In this document: in pieces, positions 12,660-53,693 of the stretch | How positions within the stretch are numbered: the first letter of the stretch is position 1 | Layout of the letters: each line of letters begins with the position of its first letter | From: Amoebidium appalachense | Lineage: Eukaryota > Protista > Ichthyosporea | Assembly (NCBI GenBank): GCA_963693365.1 | Contig: CAVNZM010000004.1 | Coordinates: 3,648,047-3,712,046 of the forward strand | Direction of reading: 5' to 3' | DNA: 64,000 nucleotides | Notes under the pieces: model-generated | Told to the model about the DNA's origin: nothing | Databases searched by the model: none | The model's input: the letters and a program-made list of their open reading frames with translations, nothing else | Made by a program: the position numbers and the translations under genes

Positions 12660-15550
12660 GTAAGAACAGTGTCCCCTCTTCAAGTTGGTGTGGGCCAATG
12701 AAAGTGTCTCTATGTTGTGTTGTTTGGGTATCTGGGCTGTTAGGCATACTGCAAGGCATTTTTCTGTTTGCGACTCGCACAAGGTTACCAAACCTGGGGG
12801 TGCCTGCTTTCCTGTAATGTTTTTCTTCGTTGGGCTTACTCCTTTGATTCATCTACACCAACTAACACCTACACTTGTGCCAGCCAGGGCTTAAATTTTG
12901 GCACAAGGTTTCAGGCATCACTACCCTTCTTCTGTTCGTGGCAGGATTCTTCTGCAACTTCCCCCCGCCCATCAACATCATTACATTTGGCTGCACCTGC
13001 CGCTTCATCGATGACGTGTGCCGGTTCATCGATTGCCGACACGCCTTGGCCTCACGAGCACTGAGGGACACACCTACGTAGGCGCGCTGACGTGAAAGGG
13101 GTTAAAAAACAGGATGACACATAGGGCTCGTTATTTGGGTGGGGGTGGGGGTGGTTGGGTGGGTGTGTGTGGGGGGGGAGGGGTGGGTGGGTTGTGATTT
13201 TATATGGGGGGAAGGGGGGTTGTAATTTATATGCGCGGGGGTTGATCGGATATGTATGTTGTAGAGGGGAAATAGAGTGTGTCGTGCGATTGCTGTTGCT
13301 TTTCGACAGCCCGTGCTCGGATGTTTGAGGTTTTTCCTCGGCTTTCTTTGCACATTTCTGGCCCCCCTAATCCGCATCCTGTTCTCCAACTTTTTCCACC
13401 ACCGGTTGACTCACTTATTCCACCATATAAAAAAAAAACCGTTATATCTCCACATATGATGTCTATCTGATACGTTATATCTCCACATTAAAATCTGTAT
13501 GATGTAAGGGTAATATCGATTTGTACATGTATATCTTGTTGGGTGGAAGTACTGTTGGCCTTGGTGCCGACAACTCTATCACAGCTCACCACATTCCCCC
13601 CCCCATATCAAGCACGCACATACACCCAACTACCCCTCTGTACAGATTCTTTTCCACCGTCCTCTTTCTGTTCGCCTGTATATACATCTCCTTTATTTTT
13701 TGATCTGCAGATAGTGGACGAGTATCTCAAATTTTTATAACGAAGTTTGGCCCACTTTACCCACAACAGCACATCCCCTCCCCTACTTTAGACCGTGAGG
13801 AAAAGCAAGTTACTGATGTTCGAATTCCACAGCATCCCATTGATGTTTTTTTACGTTCTCTTAGCCGCTAATTATATGGCTTGTTTGGGCCGCTAGCGAG
13901 AAGCATCCCTTTCCATATTAGGAACCCTATATTGCTTATTGCATCACCTTGCCACGCGCAATATATTGCTTGGGCGGCCTTACACTGGCGTATTATTTAT
14001 GTATTTTTTTCATTTTCTTTTGACTGGATAGTGCGATGATTTATTCAACGGAAAGATATGCAAGTATGCACGGCAAGTATGCACGGCATACTTAGGAGGC
14101 AATAAAAAAACACTTCACGAGTTATCCTGTAGTAAGTGCATATTGAGATACCTGAACACTGTGTGAAAATCATAGAGATAATCTATGTGACGACCAACAG
14201 AATTCAACAATATAAGGTGTTCACATTGCCAGCCAGTGTAGCAGACACCCGTAGGGAAAGAGGCAAAACGCGACATAAAAACGCACACCTATCAACATGC
14301 TTTCGATTAAAAAGGTCAGCACAAAAGTTCATATTCGTAGATGTAATTCTTGTGACACTAGATTCGACAGCCTGAAGCACCTAGACCTATGAAGCATGTC
14401 AATCCAGATTGTTCCAGTTTCTGTTCGGCCACATGCAGGCATTTACCTGCTATCCCAATATCACTACTTCAGAATATTTGTTAAATATTAAAAACTTGAT
14501 GATGTTTTCGATGCACTTACTCTTAGATGGCCAATAATCTAGCAACTTGGTTGATCCCCGTAGTTGAGCTCATACAAGTAGAATTTCCGTTTTTGGTATA
14601 TCCGATGATAACTAGGAAAGCTATCTCGGCGGCTATCTCGTTGTGTCTATATATCCAGTCTTAGCCCTGACTAAACACAACCCATTATATGTATATAAAA
14701 AAACATCCATGGCCAATTAAAAAAAAAAAAAAAAAAAGGCGTTCGGATAATCCATATACCGAAAGCATAATGCCATCATTAAACATTTTATCATGCATCA
14801 CTTCATCGATCATAATGTGATCACATGAGGCCCCCAGATCTCGCTCCTCAGCTGATAGATCTCGAGCCAAGCTAGCACCCACTTACCCACCCACCCATCC
14901 CACCTCGACCACTGTGCGCTCAACCACCACGCAAACACCAACACACACATTTGAAAAGAAGCAGTCACACAGAGCCACACGCACACACACGTGCATGCAT
15001 GCATGCACACATGTACCCGCTGACATGTGCACAGACCCCCCCCCCCCCCCTCCGATCTCCCCCCAACACCCACACCCACAAGCTCACCCACCCATCCACA
15101 CAAACATCAGCAAATCCACACACCACCACAACACTCACGGCCACCTACACACAAATGCACGCGCAGGCGCAGGCTCAGACAATATGTTAGATGCGTACAA
15201 CTGTCAATAGCTCACGGACGTGCACCAATATTTGCGCAACTGCACAGCCGGTATCGATGTATTTTGCACGAGTCCTTTTTTTTTATTTTGCGCATGATAC
15301 ATTGTACATTTACCCATTCTTCATGTACAACACGTGTCTTACGCAGCCTGATAGAATGATGGCAGATGTGAAAATCAAAAAACCTCTTGTTCAAACGGTA
15401 CATCGAAGGGAAATTCTGGCATGAAATAGTACTATAATTTTCAGGTTCTGAGCCCACACGCATTCATGGAATCCGAAACTACTTTACATCTGAAATACTC
15501 AGACATACGAAACCAGCCCATGGCCATTGACACGGGTATGCATATGCATT

Positions 15551-15581
<31 letters not shown>

Positions 15582-16027
15582 AACCACCCGGCACCCACCC
15601 ACCCACCCACCCACCCCACCCTTCTCTCTCGCAAACAGTCACACAACCTCAATAACATCACCACCACCATCACCGCCTCCCACTCAGTAATAAAAGTAAA
15701 CAATATGCGAAGGAGAAGGGCCCACTCACTGTATGTACGTAAATTCCAGTTCTAATGTGAACTGATTTGGGCGAGGGTCACCCTATGTACACCCGGTCTT
15801 CGATATGCCCAATACAACTAGTGGACGAAAGGCAAGCTATGAAAGGCATGAAACATAACGGCTGAGCATCATGTGCAATTGATTGAGCACCAAGGTCAAA
15901 GGGGGTTGACAGATATTTCAGAAATAAATAAATCATTGTCCAAACCGTCTGTCTCCATCCCCTCTTCCAACAAGCCATTCACCTTTCCTACACAGCCGTT
16001 GAAACTCCCCCGACATTTTGTTGTGGT

Positions 16028-42241
<26,214 letters not shown>

Positions 42242-43087
42242 CTTCAACGCTTCGATCAACACGGATGCAGCAGCAAGCAATTCAAACTGGTGTAGGCCCA
42301 CCCGTTCTGTGCAGCAACAGCACAGCCACCCTTTCTATTTGTAGACGACGAAAGGAAAGGTCGGCGGAAAGCTTTTTTCTGCTGGCGACTGGTTGACTTG
42401 CTTGGAAGCCGCGATGAGCCTGAGAGGCTCTTTACTGATTACGTCATCAGACCTGTCAGTTATCACGCCGACGATAGTATAGGTATTGAGAAGGTATAGT
42501 GAGCTTATACAGTATTTTTTCCGAATGTCGACATATGCAAATTCGAGAGTATAACCATAATGTATAAGTAAACATATGTATAACATTACCCCAGAAAAGG
42601 ACCACAGCAACAAGCTTTGAAAAGGCCGGAATCCCGCTGCCACCTACTGAGATGGCTCCTTATTTTTCCTTGCACATTCAGCGAACACTGGACTCTATCG
42701 AACCGTCGAGGCGCCGCGACAGAAAGCATGCACGCGGTCGCGAGAGTGTAAGGCCCGTCTGCAGCGAACGTAAAGTTCATCGCAGCGCGTACACACCGTC
42801 AGTACGTGTGAGGGAATCCCGGGAGTGGCAAGCCAAAAAAGCCTGGACAAATAAACGAGCGAGAGTGTGACAATGAACATGCATATGCGAACGTAACGAA
42901 CCAAATTGCCTTTATATTACTCTTGTCTGTATAGCTTGTCTACTCAACCCTACACCCCTTGAGGTTCTTTTCAGTCAGTCAGCATTGTTTGTTGTTGTTG
43001 TTTCTTTGGGGCCCATTCCCATCTTTGCATCACTCTTCTCGACCACATTCAGAGACACAACCACTTTATTTGCCACATGTTATCACC
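42242..43087. promoter_or_regulatory. putative bidirectional promoter between UFD2 (-) and TatD (+)
   Basis: Head-to-head start codons ~850 bp apart; microsatellite-free and CpG-rich, with a TTACGTCA CRE-like site near 42440. Confidence 0.6.
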
Positions 43088-43276
43088 ATGCGCTACACAG
43101 ACGCCCACTGCCACCTACAGCTACCACCCCTCTTGGGTGCAGCCGACCAGGTGGTATCTAGGGCTTTAGAGGCAGGGGTGCAGAGAATATGTGTCAACGC
43201 AACACGAGAGGAGGACTGGCCTGTAGTCGAGCAGTTGGCTGAAAAATACCCACAGGTGAGAACAAGCGCCCCCTCC

Positions 43277-43314
<38 letters not shown>

Positions 43315-43672
43315 CGGACACACGCACACACATTTTTCCCCCTGTTTTGCCAAGGGTTGGGAAGTTGGTGTGGGTGTCTAGAAGGATTCGCAGATCCCAT
43401 GCTTTCTTTTTTTCAAGTCACAGGCAAATTCTAGATATCTAGATCCCGCACAGTTTCTTTATCCCTCCTTACCTTTCATTATTCTTCCTTCCGACGAATC
43501 TTAAGGTTTTCGTCCGTCCGTCCCCATTTCCAGTGGATCTTTCTCCTTTGCTCCGTCTCTCTGCATCTCGGCTCCACTCTTGCCGTCCCTCCTTCCCTTC
43601 CCCATTCCCCCCTCCCTACACACCCTTCCTTCCTCTCACTCACATACACACACATACACACACACACACACA

Positions 43673-43737
<65 letters not shown>

Positions 43738-44740
43738 TCCCCCCCCCCCCCCCCTCTCTCTCTCTTTCTCTCTCTTCCCCCTTCCCCCCTCCCCCTCTCT
43801 CCCTCTCCCTCTAGAGATCTCCTTCCCCCCCCCCCACCCTCTCTCTTTCTCTTCTCTCCTCTCTCTCCCTCTCCCTTTCCTCTCCCCCCCCCCCCCCCCC
43901 TCTACCCGCGTTTCCTTCCCCCCCCTGCCTCCCCACCATGTGCATGGCTTAGCACATATGTTTATAAGGCACTTTGTGTGTTTAATCGACGCCTACCCCC
44001 CACCACACGGCCCTGTTTCACCAGGAGGGGGGTAGGGGGTGGGGAAGGGTGGGGGGAGGTGCGGGACGTGTGTTTTTCTCTGTGGTTGTTTCGTTGCCGT
44101 TTGTCTGATAGACATAGGAACATCAGATATGGGGAGACAGCTTTTTGACTAAACTCCTGACCCCCCCCCCCCCCCCCCCCCCTCCCCCCCCCCCCCCCCC
44201 CCCCCCCCCATGCCCCACCCCCCTACCCCCCGTCCCCCCTCTCCCTCCTACTTCCCTCTCTCCTGCGCCACACAAGAACCTACCTACTTTCCCCACCTCC
44301 TGTGCACAATACACCATTTTATTCTTGCGTGCACACGAACCCTTGGCATATCATTAAAGCACTCCCCACATTAGCCAAACTATCACACACTTTCAGGTCA
44401 TCATCCCAAGTTTCGGTGTGCACCCATGGCATGCAGGCGAAGTTACAGACGGCTGGATAGACCGACTACGAGATATGCTGCAAAAATGGTCCCAGGCAGC
44501 CGTAGGAGAGGCTGGGTTGTGTCGGTCTGCAAAGGGCAAAACTGTGCCAAGTGAGGTGCAGGATGATGTATGTCTGCAGCAGATAAAACTGGCACGGGTG
44601 GGTTTTCTTTCATGTTTTAGTTTTCACATTTGGCATGTTTTCCCTGCCTGCTCTTAAACTTTTCCCGTGGCACTGTTCACTAACTGTGTGTCAACCCATT
44701 TCGATACCTGTAAATTCAGTTCTCTTCATGTTCTTAACCT

Positions 44741-44776
<36 letters not shown>

Positions 44777-45278
44777 TCCCCACCACCACTACCACCACCA
44801 ACACCACTACCACCCCCTCCCCCTACCCCTTCACACACATCTTGCCTTTTTCCTCTGCATCCTCATTCCTCCTTATGATGGCCACTTTTTGTGATGTAAG
44901 TAGGTGGATTTCTGGGCTTCAGTAGCGAGGTATTGTATCCCTTTTTGTGTTTTGATGGTGTATCTGTCTTCTTGTGGACGTATGTATGCTGCATTGTTTT
45001 TCTTAGATACTGGCATGGTGCATCTTTTTTCTTATGTTTCTATGGTGTGGGAATAGGACCTCGACCGGCCCATCAGCCTTCACTGTGTGCAGCGCCATGG
45101 CAGACTACTCGAGATGCTGGAGTCGGTGGTAGGCAAAGGTAGGTTGTTCCCTTGTCGCTTGGTTACATTTTTTTTTTTTTTTTACCGGCACGGTACCGGG
45201 GGGGGGGGGGGGGGGGGTCCGCCACGACAGGGCACACACCCACACGCGCACACACTTGCACGCACGCACATGCACACG

Positions 45279-45333
<55 letters not shown>

Positions 45334-45678
45334 TCACTCACTCACTCACTCACACTCACACTCACTCACTCACACACACACACACACGCGCGCGCGCAAA
45401 AACACCACCTGGCCAGCACGACTATCATGACAATCAACCGGTCTTCCTTTTACCTTTGAGAAGAACACACGGCAAAGGCTCATTTTGTGTTTAACCATCA
45501 CACGGCAGGCAAGCAGCAGGATCGGCCGTGGGTGTTGCTGCATGCCTATTCGGGCCCAGCCGACATGGTCAAACCATTTGCAAAGGTTGGGGCCGTGTTC
45601 TCTATCTGTGGCGCAGTGACCCACCCACGGGCCGACAAGTTGGTACGTGCCCTCCCCCCCTCCCCCCCCCCCCTTCCC

Positions 45679-45709
<31 letters not shown>

Positions 45710-46389
45710 AAAAAAAAAAAAAAAAGAAAAGACGGAGAACAAGAAGAAGAGGAAGACAAGGGAGGGGAAGGAAAGAAACAGAAAAAGGAATAGAATGTGG
45801 GGAAGAAAGAAAGAAAAAAAAAGGGAAGAAGTAGAAGGGAAGGGGGGGGAAAGAGAAAACAGAAAAGTCGACAAAAGTAAACACTGCTCACTGATTGCAT
45901 CACCCACCCTCTCTCGTTGCCAATGTGAGCATGCATTTACTGGCCACCGCCACCCACATGTACCACTTCGTGATCGTTTTTTTCGAGGGGAGTGTGTGTG
46001 TAAGGATGCCTTACCAATTAATACACCGGTGAATTTCGGCAGTAGAGGGGAAAAGGTAGAGGCTCTTGCTTGGAAGGAATTAGGCTCTGCTCGTGTGTGC
46101 AACCGTTTGCATTCTACGTGGCAGGAATACAGGTTTCAGATGTCACATTATTCGCCCCATAGGACCTTTACCTAACCCTTTTGTATTTTATATCAGAGGG
46201 CTGCAGTCGCAGCCATGAGTCTTGACCAATGGCTGCTGGAGACTGACAGCCCAGATCAACTGCCCCATATGGCCTCCCTGCCAATACTGCCCCCACTGCC
46301 TGGCACTGAAGGTTTCTTTGCTTTCCTTGCCCTTTCACACGAGCACTTGCATACACGCACATATTTTTTTTTTTCTTTTTCTTTTTCTT

Positions 46390-46476
<87 letters not shown>

Positions 46477-47248
46477 GAAGCAGCTGCGCGCACACCATGG
46501 CCATTCACCCGCCCTCTCTCTCTCTCTCCCTTAGTCACCCATATACTCGTGCAGTACATACGCAGAACACCCAACATACACACGCACACGCACACCCGCG
46601 TACACACATACCCACCCACATGCACGCACGCACGCACACACGCACGCACACGTCTGTGCACACGTACTCATGCACGTGGCTGGCGCACCCACATAAATTA
46701 CTCCCACATTGCCGTTGTAATCCGCTAATACCAGCACATGGGGCTTAGTAGAGGGCCTTGAGTTGTGCGGGCATGTGTAGGATTATGTAGGTGCAATCCT
46801 CCCGGATCATTGCACTTTATTGGCCGCTCCCTCCGGCCAATCCGGACACACAACACGTGCCCCACATGCATGATATGTACATTATAATACAGATGAGAAA
46901 CACCCCTTATTAATGTTAACTACTACACGGCCACAGCCGCTAAAGCCACAGACCTGACAGACAACATATCCGAGATGACGAGGAAAAGGAAGGAGGGGGA
47001 AAAAAAAATCCTCCCTCTCTCTCTGCATACTTCCTCCCCCAGCTCTGCTACTCATGTTTTTTTGCCTTCCTTTCTTTTTGCCTCTAAAAATGCTACATCC
47101 AAACCCAGACACACAGCCACCACCCAACGAGCCTGCCTACATCACATTTATCGCAACCGAGGTGGCGAGGGTCAAGAATGTGAGTGTGGAGGATGTGGCG
47201 AGTGCAAGCACAGCAAATGCACGGCGTTTGTTTGGCTTTGAAATATGA
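43088..47248 (+). CDS. tatD: TatD-family metal-dependent DNase, 6 exons, ~279 aa
   Basis: Exons 43088-43255, 44397-44597, 45057-45138, 45509-45642, 46197-46311, 47109-47248 (840 nt, phases consistent). Motifs DAHCHLQ, PSFGVHPW, AVGEAGL, RPISLHCV, LLHAYSG, LLETDSPD, NEPA...ANARRLF. Confidence 0.93.
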
Positions 47249-48211
47249 ACGTGAGAGCATTGTTACTGGTCCTGCTATCTTTTGAAGTCGCTGGTGTTAG
47301 TTTTTTAGAGGGACCAGAGTTAACTTCAGAAGGGACTGATCACGTGCTCTCTCCTGCCCTGTGCCTGAGTAGATTTTTTCCTTACGGCGGTTGGGGAGCT
47401 CAGTCATGACGTGCCAGATACTGTTATTGTTTGACCACTGTTCAATGGCGGCACACATATCTGAGACATGGTGTATGTGCGTAGCTTTTTGATGCTATGT
47501 ACGACAAATGGCAAGTACTGGTAGCACCAGAGTCTATGTTTATATAGACGAGAGTTTTTGCACTTTGGGCATGCCAGCATGCCACACGTTTTGTTCTTTG
47601 CATTTTATGCAACTGAGCTTTCGAATGTTGTCAAATACCACTGTTGTACATATTCAACTACACCTGGAACGTGTATGTATAGTGAATCAAATGTTGCCCC
47701 GAGCATTTCCGGTATGTTTTCTGGTTGATTGCTGCAATATGCCCATGCCTTCTAATAAATAAATGGATGGTTTTCCACATGGCACATATGCATGCTCTTT
47801 GCAATTGATCACGAGCCCCCCCCCCCCCCCCCCCCCCCACTCTCCAAGCCCCAACCACAACCCACCCACCCAACCCCCACCCACCCTACCCTCCCTTTGC
47901 TCCGATGTAACACCATCACCCAACCCTTCAAAAGAAATCATAGTAATGTCTTTAAAAATTAAGGGAAAAAAAAAAAAAAAAAAAAAAAGAGGAAAAAAAC
48001 ATTCAGGAACGTCGGAAGTTCTCGAATGGAAGAAATACGGAAAATATACATCGTCATCCACCGCGGACACTCACGACACCCTTTGCCCTCCACAACCTTT
48101 CGACACAAAATCCCTTCCCATTGGCATACATAGCCAACCGCCACATGTATCTCTACAGGCAATCCTGGAAGAAAACACCACAAAAAAACTATATTTTACC
48201 TTAACATTGCA

Positions 48212-48551
48212 TCATGCGCCCTTCCTCTTCCCCTTGAGCATCTTTTTCACCTTTTCAGCCGAGTACTGCACCGTCTTGACAAGCCCGGCCGTCATCACCC
48301 CCTTCAGTGCCTGTGTCCGTGCTGACCCTTGCACTATCTCGGCCACCGCTGCATATTGAGTAAGTGTCAGAACAGGGAAGCGACAGAACGAATTAGTTAA
48401 TTTTTTTAAAAAAAGAAAGAAAGAAAGAAGAAAAGAGAGAGAGAGGGGGGAGGGGGAGGGGGAGGGGGAGGGGGAGGGGGAGGGGGGAGGGGGAGGGGGA
48501 GGGGGAGGGGGAGGGAGGGAGGGAGGGAGGGAGGGAGGGGAGGGGAGGGAG

Positions 48552-48642
<91 letters not shown>

Positions 48643-49368
48643 TATGATATGTATGTGAAAAGAAAGAAAACAGCCCGGAAAGCCAGATTATATGGTTACT
48701 CTAAGTGTCAGAACAGGAGAAAGAACTAATCATTAGATGCCAGCCGATTTTCAAAATAAAAACACACGGTGGCTGTGGGAGAAGGATGTTGGTTGATGTG
48801 CATGTGTCGTGTGCACTGTAGATTAGAAGGTCGTGGTTTGAACGAATGTATTGCAGAGTGTGTGTGTAATCACGTGCTTGTATGTATGCTTTTCTGAGGT
48901 ACACGTGTCTGTCGTCTGTGTGTGTGTGGAGGGGCGGTGTGTGCGCCCCCTCCCGTGCGGTGCAATGGTGTGGTCGGATGGGGATCTAAGAGAGAGTGTT
49001 GGGGGAGAGAGGGGAGTAGGGAGGGCTGGGGAAGGAGGGGAGGGGGGGAAGGCAGGGAGGTCACCTTGACTTATAAACAGGGGAAGGTCCTTATGGGTGG
49101 AAAGTTGCCTCCAAGCCTCTTGCGCTGTGTCATCATCATTTAGATCAATGTGTGCATGCTACCATAGATAGAGACTGCATGCAAACCCATACATCACATA
49201 TATGTACCCCATGAATCAACAATTTTGATGCACTCGGAACCCTACATGACATACAAATAAGTCAACATGGTGCTGAGAGAAACAAATCACATGTAAAAGC
49301 ATTGCCCGGAGAAAGGATGTCACAGTAAGGCGAGATTCCTCCTTAGACTTTCTGTGTGTGTGTGTGTG

Positions 49369-49441
<73 letters not shown>

Positions 49442-49560
49442 TGTGTGTACGTGTGTGTGCACGCGCACACACGGGGGGAAGGAGGGGGGGGAGGGGGAAG
49501 ACACGAGTGCAGGTGCGGGTGCGCGCGGAGAGTGTTCAAGTGTGTATGTGTGTGTTTATT

Positions 49561-49596
<36 letters not shown>

Positions 49597-51015
49597 TGTA
49601 TGCGTTAGAGGGTTGGAAATATGGAGGAGACAAAAAAGAGCAACAACAAAGCGTCACAAAGGTGGGAAATCCAAAATCAAACAATTTAAGCGTGCAGGCA
49701 GAAGACACTTGGACAGAGCCCATCATCAGGGGGTTCCTATGCCTCCACAAAAGCATGGGTTTCGACTCTTTAACCTCTCGCGCGTGGTTCCCAACCCATA
49801 CTTTGTGGGGGATCGGTCGAGCATGTGTGTGTGTGACATACTCTGATCAGGGGTGGCTGTTGCTGCTTGGGGCAGTGCCCGTTGCAGCAGTCTGCTACGC
49901 ACACCAAGGGGGAGACCCTGTAGTTGCATTTGGCGGGTGGCTGGACTCGTGTCTTGCTGAGGGGGGTGAAACACGTGTTAGCACCATATATGGAAGGTGG
50001 TGATGACATTGTACATGGGTGAAAGTATAAGGATCCAATAACATGTCGTGATGGTAAACATATATAAATGGCACATTGATATGTAAGTGGCTGTACTTAA
50101 TACAGTCGTCGCTTTCAGTCTTTCGCGAACAAATTCCAGCGTTAACTAGGACATCACAAAATCCACAAATCGAGGCTATCCCAAATCGTTTTAAGTTCCC
50201 GTTTTCCCTCTTCGATGGGCTTACACCATTTGTTTTGCTCAGAAGGTACACACGAAAACACCCCAGCCAATAATCATCATAAACCAACGGTTTTTTTACT
50301 ATCTTCAGCCCATATTAAAGCAACCATCGCTTTTTCCGTTTCAGCCTAGATCGAGCTTGATCTGATCGAGGACTTCATATTGCCTTGGCGCAGCCTGTGA
50401 AATTATTAATCCTATCAAGCCACCGAGGGTGTGACGTCATTGTGTGCACAATCTTCCCGCCAAATCGTGAGCCCTCGATGGCTTAACAGGATTGATACTT
50501 TCATAGGCCGCGCCAGGGCAATCTTAAATCCTCAATCGGATCAACCTCGACCGAGGCTAAAATGGATGAAGCAGTGGTTTTACTATGTTTCGTGCATATA
50601 ACCATGATAAAACCCACCTCACATTTTGAGTCCTCCATGTATAGGTGGGCTAGTCCTGCCAGCACATCCTTGTATGTGGCCTCAAACCCATCCGGGTTGC
50701 CTTTTACAATGTTGGACACCTTGTGCGGGTTTTCTCCAAATTTCATCCTGAAATCACCTAAAATTATGGATATGTGGGAGGGAGGATTAGGAGGGTTAGG
50801 CGAAGAACAGGTGGATGTGTGTGTATGTGTGTGTGTGTGTGCACGTGTGTGTGTGTGTGTGCGTGCACGCGCGCACGTGTGTGCGCGCAGTCTCGCACAT
50901 GTGTGTGTTTGCATGTGTACGTGTGTGTCTGTGGGCGTGCGTGTACGCGCGCGTGTTATGTGGGTGTGTCTGTGTGTGTTGATGTGTGGTGTGTGTGTGT
51001 GTGTGTATGTTTGTG

Positions 51016-51096
<81 letters not shown>

Positions 51097-51134
51097 GTGT
51101 GCGTATGATTGTGTGTACCCACACACGCGTGCGC

Positions 51135-51199
<65 letters not shown>

Positions 51200-51534
51200 T
51201 GATTGCGTGTTTGTGTGCGTGTGCCTGGCGGGCGCCCCCAGGAAGGGGGGGGGGGGGGGGGGGGATATGTTCACGGCCGGGACATAGAGAAGACCGGCAG
51301 AAGGACAGAAGGGTTATGTCAAGGAGCGAAGTAAGACCCCTGAGTTGTTGAGTGAGTGGGTGTTGGGGGGATGGTGATGGAGAAAGTGCATCACCAAGAA
51401 TGATAGTTTCCGTTGGGTTCCATGTACATAAACCCATGCATTTCCCCTCCCCTTGCTTCCTCCCTCTCCCTACCTGCTGCCTAACCCACAACCCTCTCCT
51501 TACGCAACACACGCTCAAGGTTCCAAAGAGGGAC

Positions 51535-51574
<40 letters not shown>

Positions 51575-52434
51575 GGGGGAGAAAGCATATAGCATACCCA
51601 GATATGATATGCCAGCCACAGTTGTGTAGAGGTCCCGCTTATCGAATCGGGCCGGCAACAGCAATAGGGCCACAGACACGGCATGACCCAGATTACTGCT
51701 GTAGGCATGGTGGAGGTCGGGGCTCTCCTCGGCTAGCATCAGCACCTGTAAGAGGGAGGGGGGGGGGGGTGGGGGGGGGGGGGGGGGGGGGGGGGGAGGG
51801 AGGTAAAGGAGGTGGGTAAGTGTGGTGGTGGCAGGGGGGTGGGGGAAGGGGTTGGGGGGGGGGGGGGAGGGGGGGGGGGGGGAGAGGTAAAGGAGATGGG
51901 TTAATAATGTGGTGGTGGTGGGGGGGTGGGGGAAGGGAGGTAAAGGAGGTGGGTAAGTGTGGTGGTGGGGGGTGGGGGAAGGGGTTGGAGTTGGGGGTGG
52001 GGGGGGGGGGGGGGGGTGATGGTGATGGTGATGGTGGGTTGGGGTGGGAGGGGGAATGGAGAGGGGGGTGGGGGAAGGGGGGGTAAAGAGGGTGGGTAAG
52101 GGTGGGGAGGTGATGGTGGTGGGGTGGGGTGGGAGATGGGGGGAGGGGGGAGATGGGGGGAAGCATTTTTTACATAGAAAGAGGTAAAGGAAAGAAGTCT
52201 GGTTCAGAGAAGGTGAGCCGGCAAGGGGTGGGGTTTGGAGGGGTGTACTTGACTGTGTGCATATGTGTGTTCTTTGTTCATCTCCCCTGCTTTCGCTCGC
52301 TTGCTCTCTTTCTCCTATATTGCTATGAACATGTCCATCGAGTATGTGTGTGGTGGGGAAGGCAGGAGGGGGTTCAAAATGTGTTAATGGGTATGGCGGA
52401 GAGAGAGAGAGAGAGAGAGAGAGGGTGTGTATGT

Positions 52435-52467
<33 letters not shown>

Positions 52468-53070
52468 TGATTGGAAAACTACCTACCGGCTTGTGCAACC
52501 TGCCTGCCACATAGAGGGTAGACCAATCAAGAAGATCCTCTCTGAGCCTATCCACTGACATCACCCCGTACTTGATTAGCTGCATTTGTCATATCGCACA
52601 CACCGTTAGATATTGAACCCACCCCCCTCCCCCCACCCCCCCCTCCCCCCGCTCCTTGCTTCCCCACTCTGCCCCTCCCCCTCCGTACTCCCGTCCCCTC
52701 CCCCCTTCCCCCCTTGCTCCCTCCCAGCCCCTCCTCCCCTTTCCCCTCCCCCCACCCCATCACTTCAGTTAGCTTAGCGTATAGCGTATACCCACGTGCC
52801 CCTTCGTCCATTGTCCGTACAAGTTCCACACACGCACAAAACCCTAGAAGTTACTCACTGATTATGGTCTATCCCATAATCATTCCCATCCCGGGTCTTC
52901 TCTCGCACTTTTTTTTGGTGGCGTGTACCCCTCCAGATAGAGTCATCGTGTCCAGCTAAATCTACCGAAGGCGGAGTGTGAAAGACATGAATCTTTCGTT
53001 TGTGCTTGATTTGTTGTGTAGTGTGTAAAAATAAGGAAATGAGGTGGCGGTTTGGTGTTTGGGTGAAGGT

Positions 53071-53102
<32 letters not shown>

Positions 53103-53513
53103 GGGGGAGAAGGGAAGGGGGGGGAGGGGGAGGGGGGGAGAGGAGGGAGAGGAGGGGAGGGGAGGGGGGGGGGGGGGGGGGGGATGTTTGAAAAAAAGTA
53201 AGGATGTGATTCTTACCCTATCCTCGAAGGGCACTAATGTATTGTAGTACATGTGTGCACCACCCGTGTCCTGCACCTTTGCAAGAAACGAGGACCCACC
53301 CAGCCTCAAAAACGAGTAGTCACTCGGATGTCTTGCGAGGTTTTCTCGATGCCATGAGGCTGAATCTTCAACGGCAAATACGAGGTCTATCATGTTGTCC
53401 TGCGTGTGGATGCGTGGGTGGAAGGGGCGAGGGGGGGGGGGGGGGGGGAGGACATGCCGGGGGCAGGGGTGGACAGGGGATGGGTTGGTTGGTTCTCAAG
53501 CAGGGACGGAACT

Positions 53514-53544
<31 letters not shown>

Positions 53545-53658
53545 GAGATCGCGAGTGTTGAAGGGTTTTAGTGTTAACGGAGGTTGTAGGGTGTGGGGTG
53601 GGTTAAGGAGTTAGTGGGGGGTACGGGGGGAAAGGGGGGGGGGGGGGGAGGGGGGAAA

Positions 53659-53693
<35 letters not shown>

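Noticed and set aside
46893-46960. Extra TatD exon after TACAG
   Set aside because: In the required phase it hits TGA; exon 5 joins exon 6 in frame without it.
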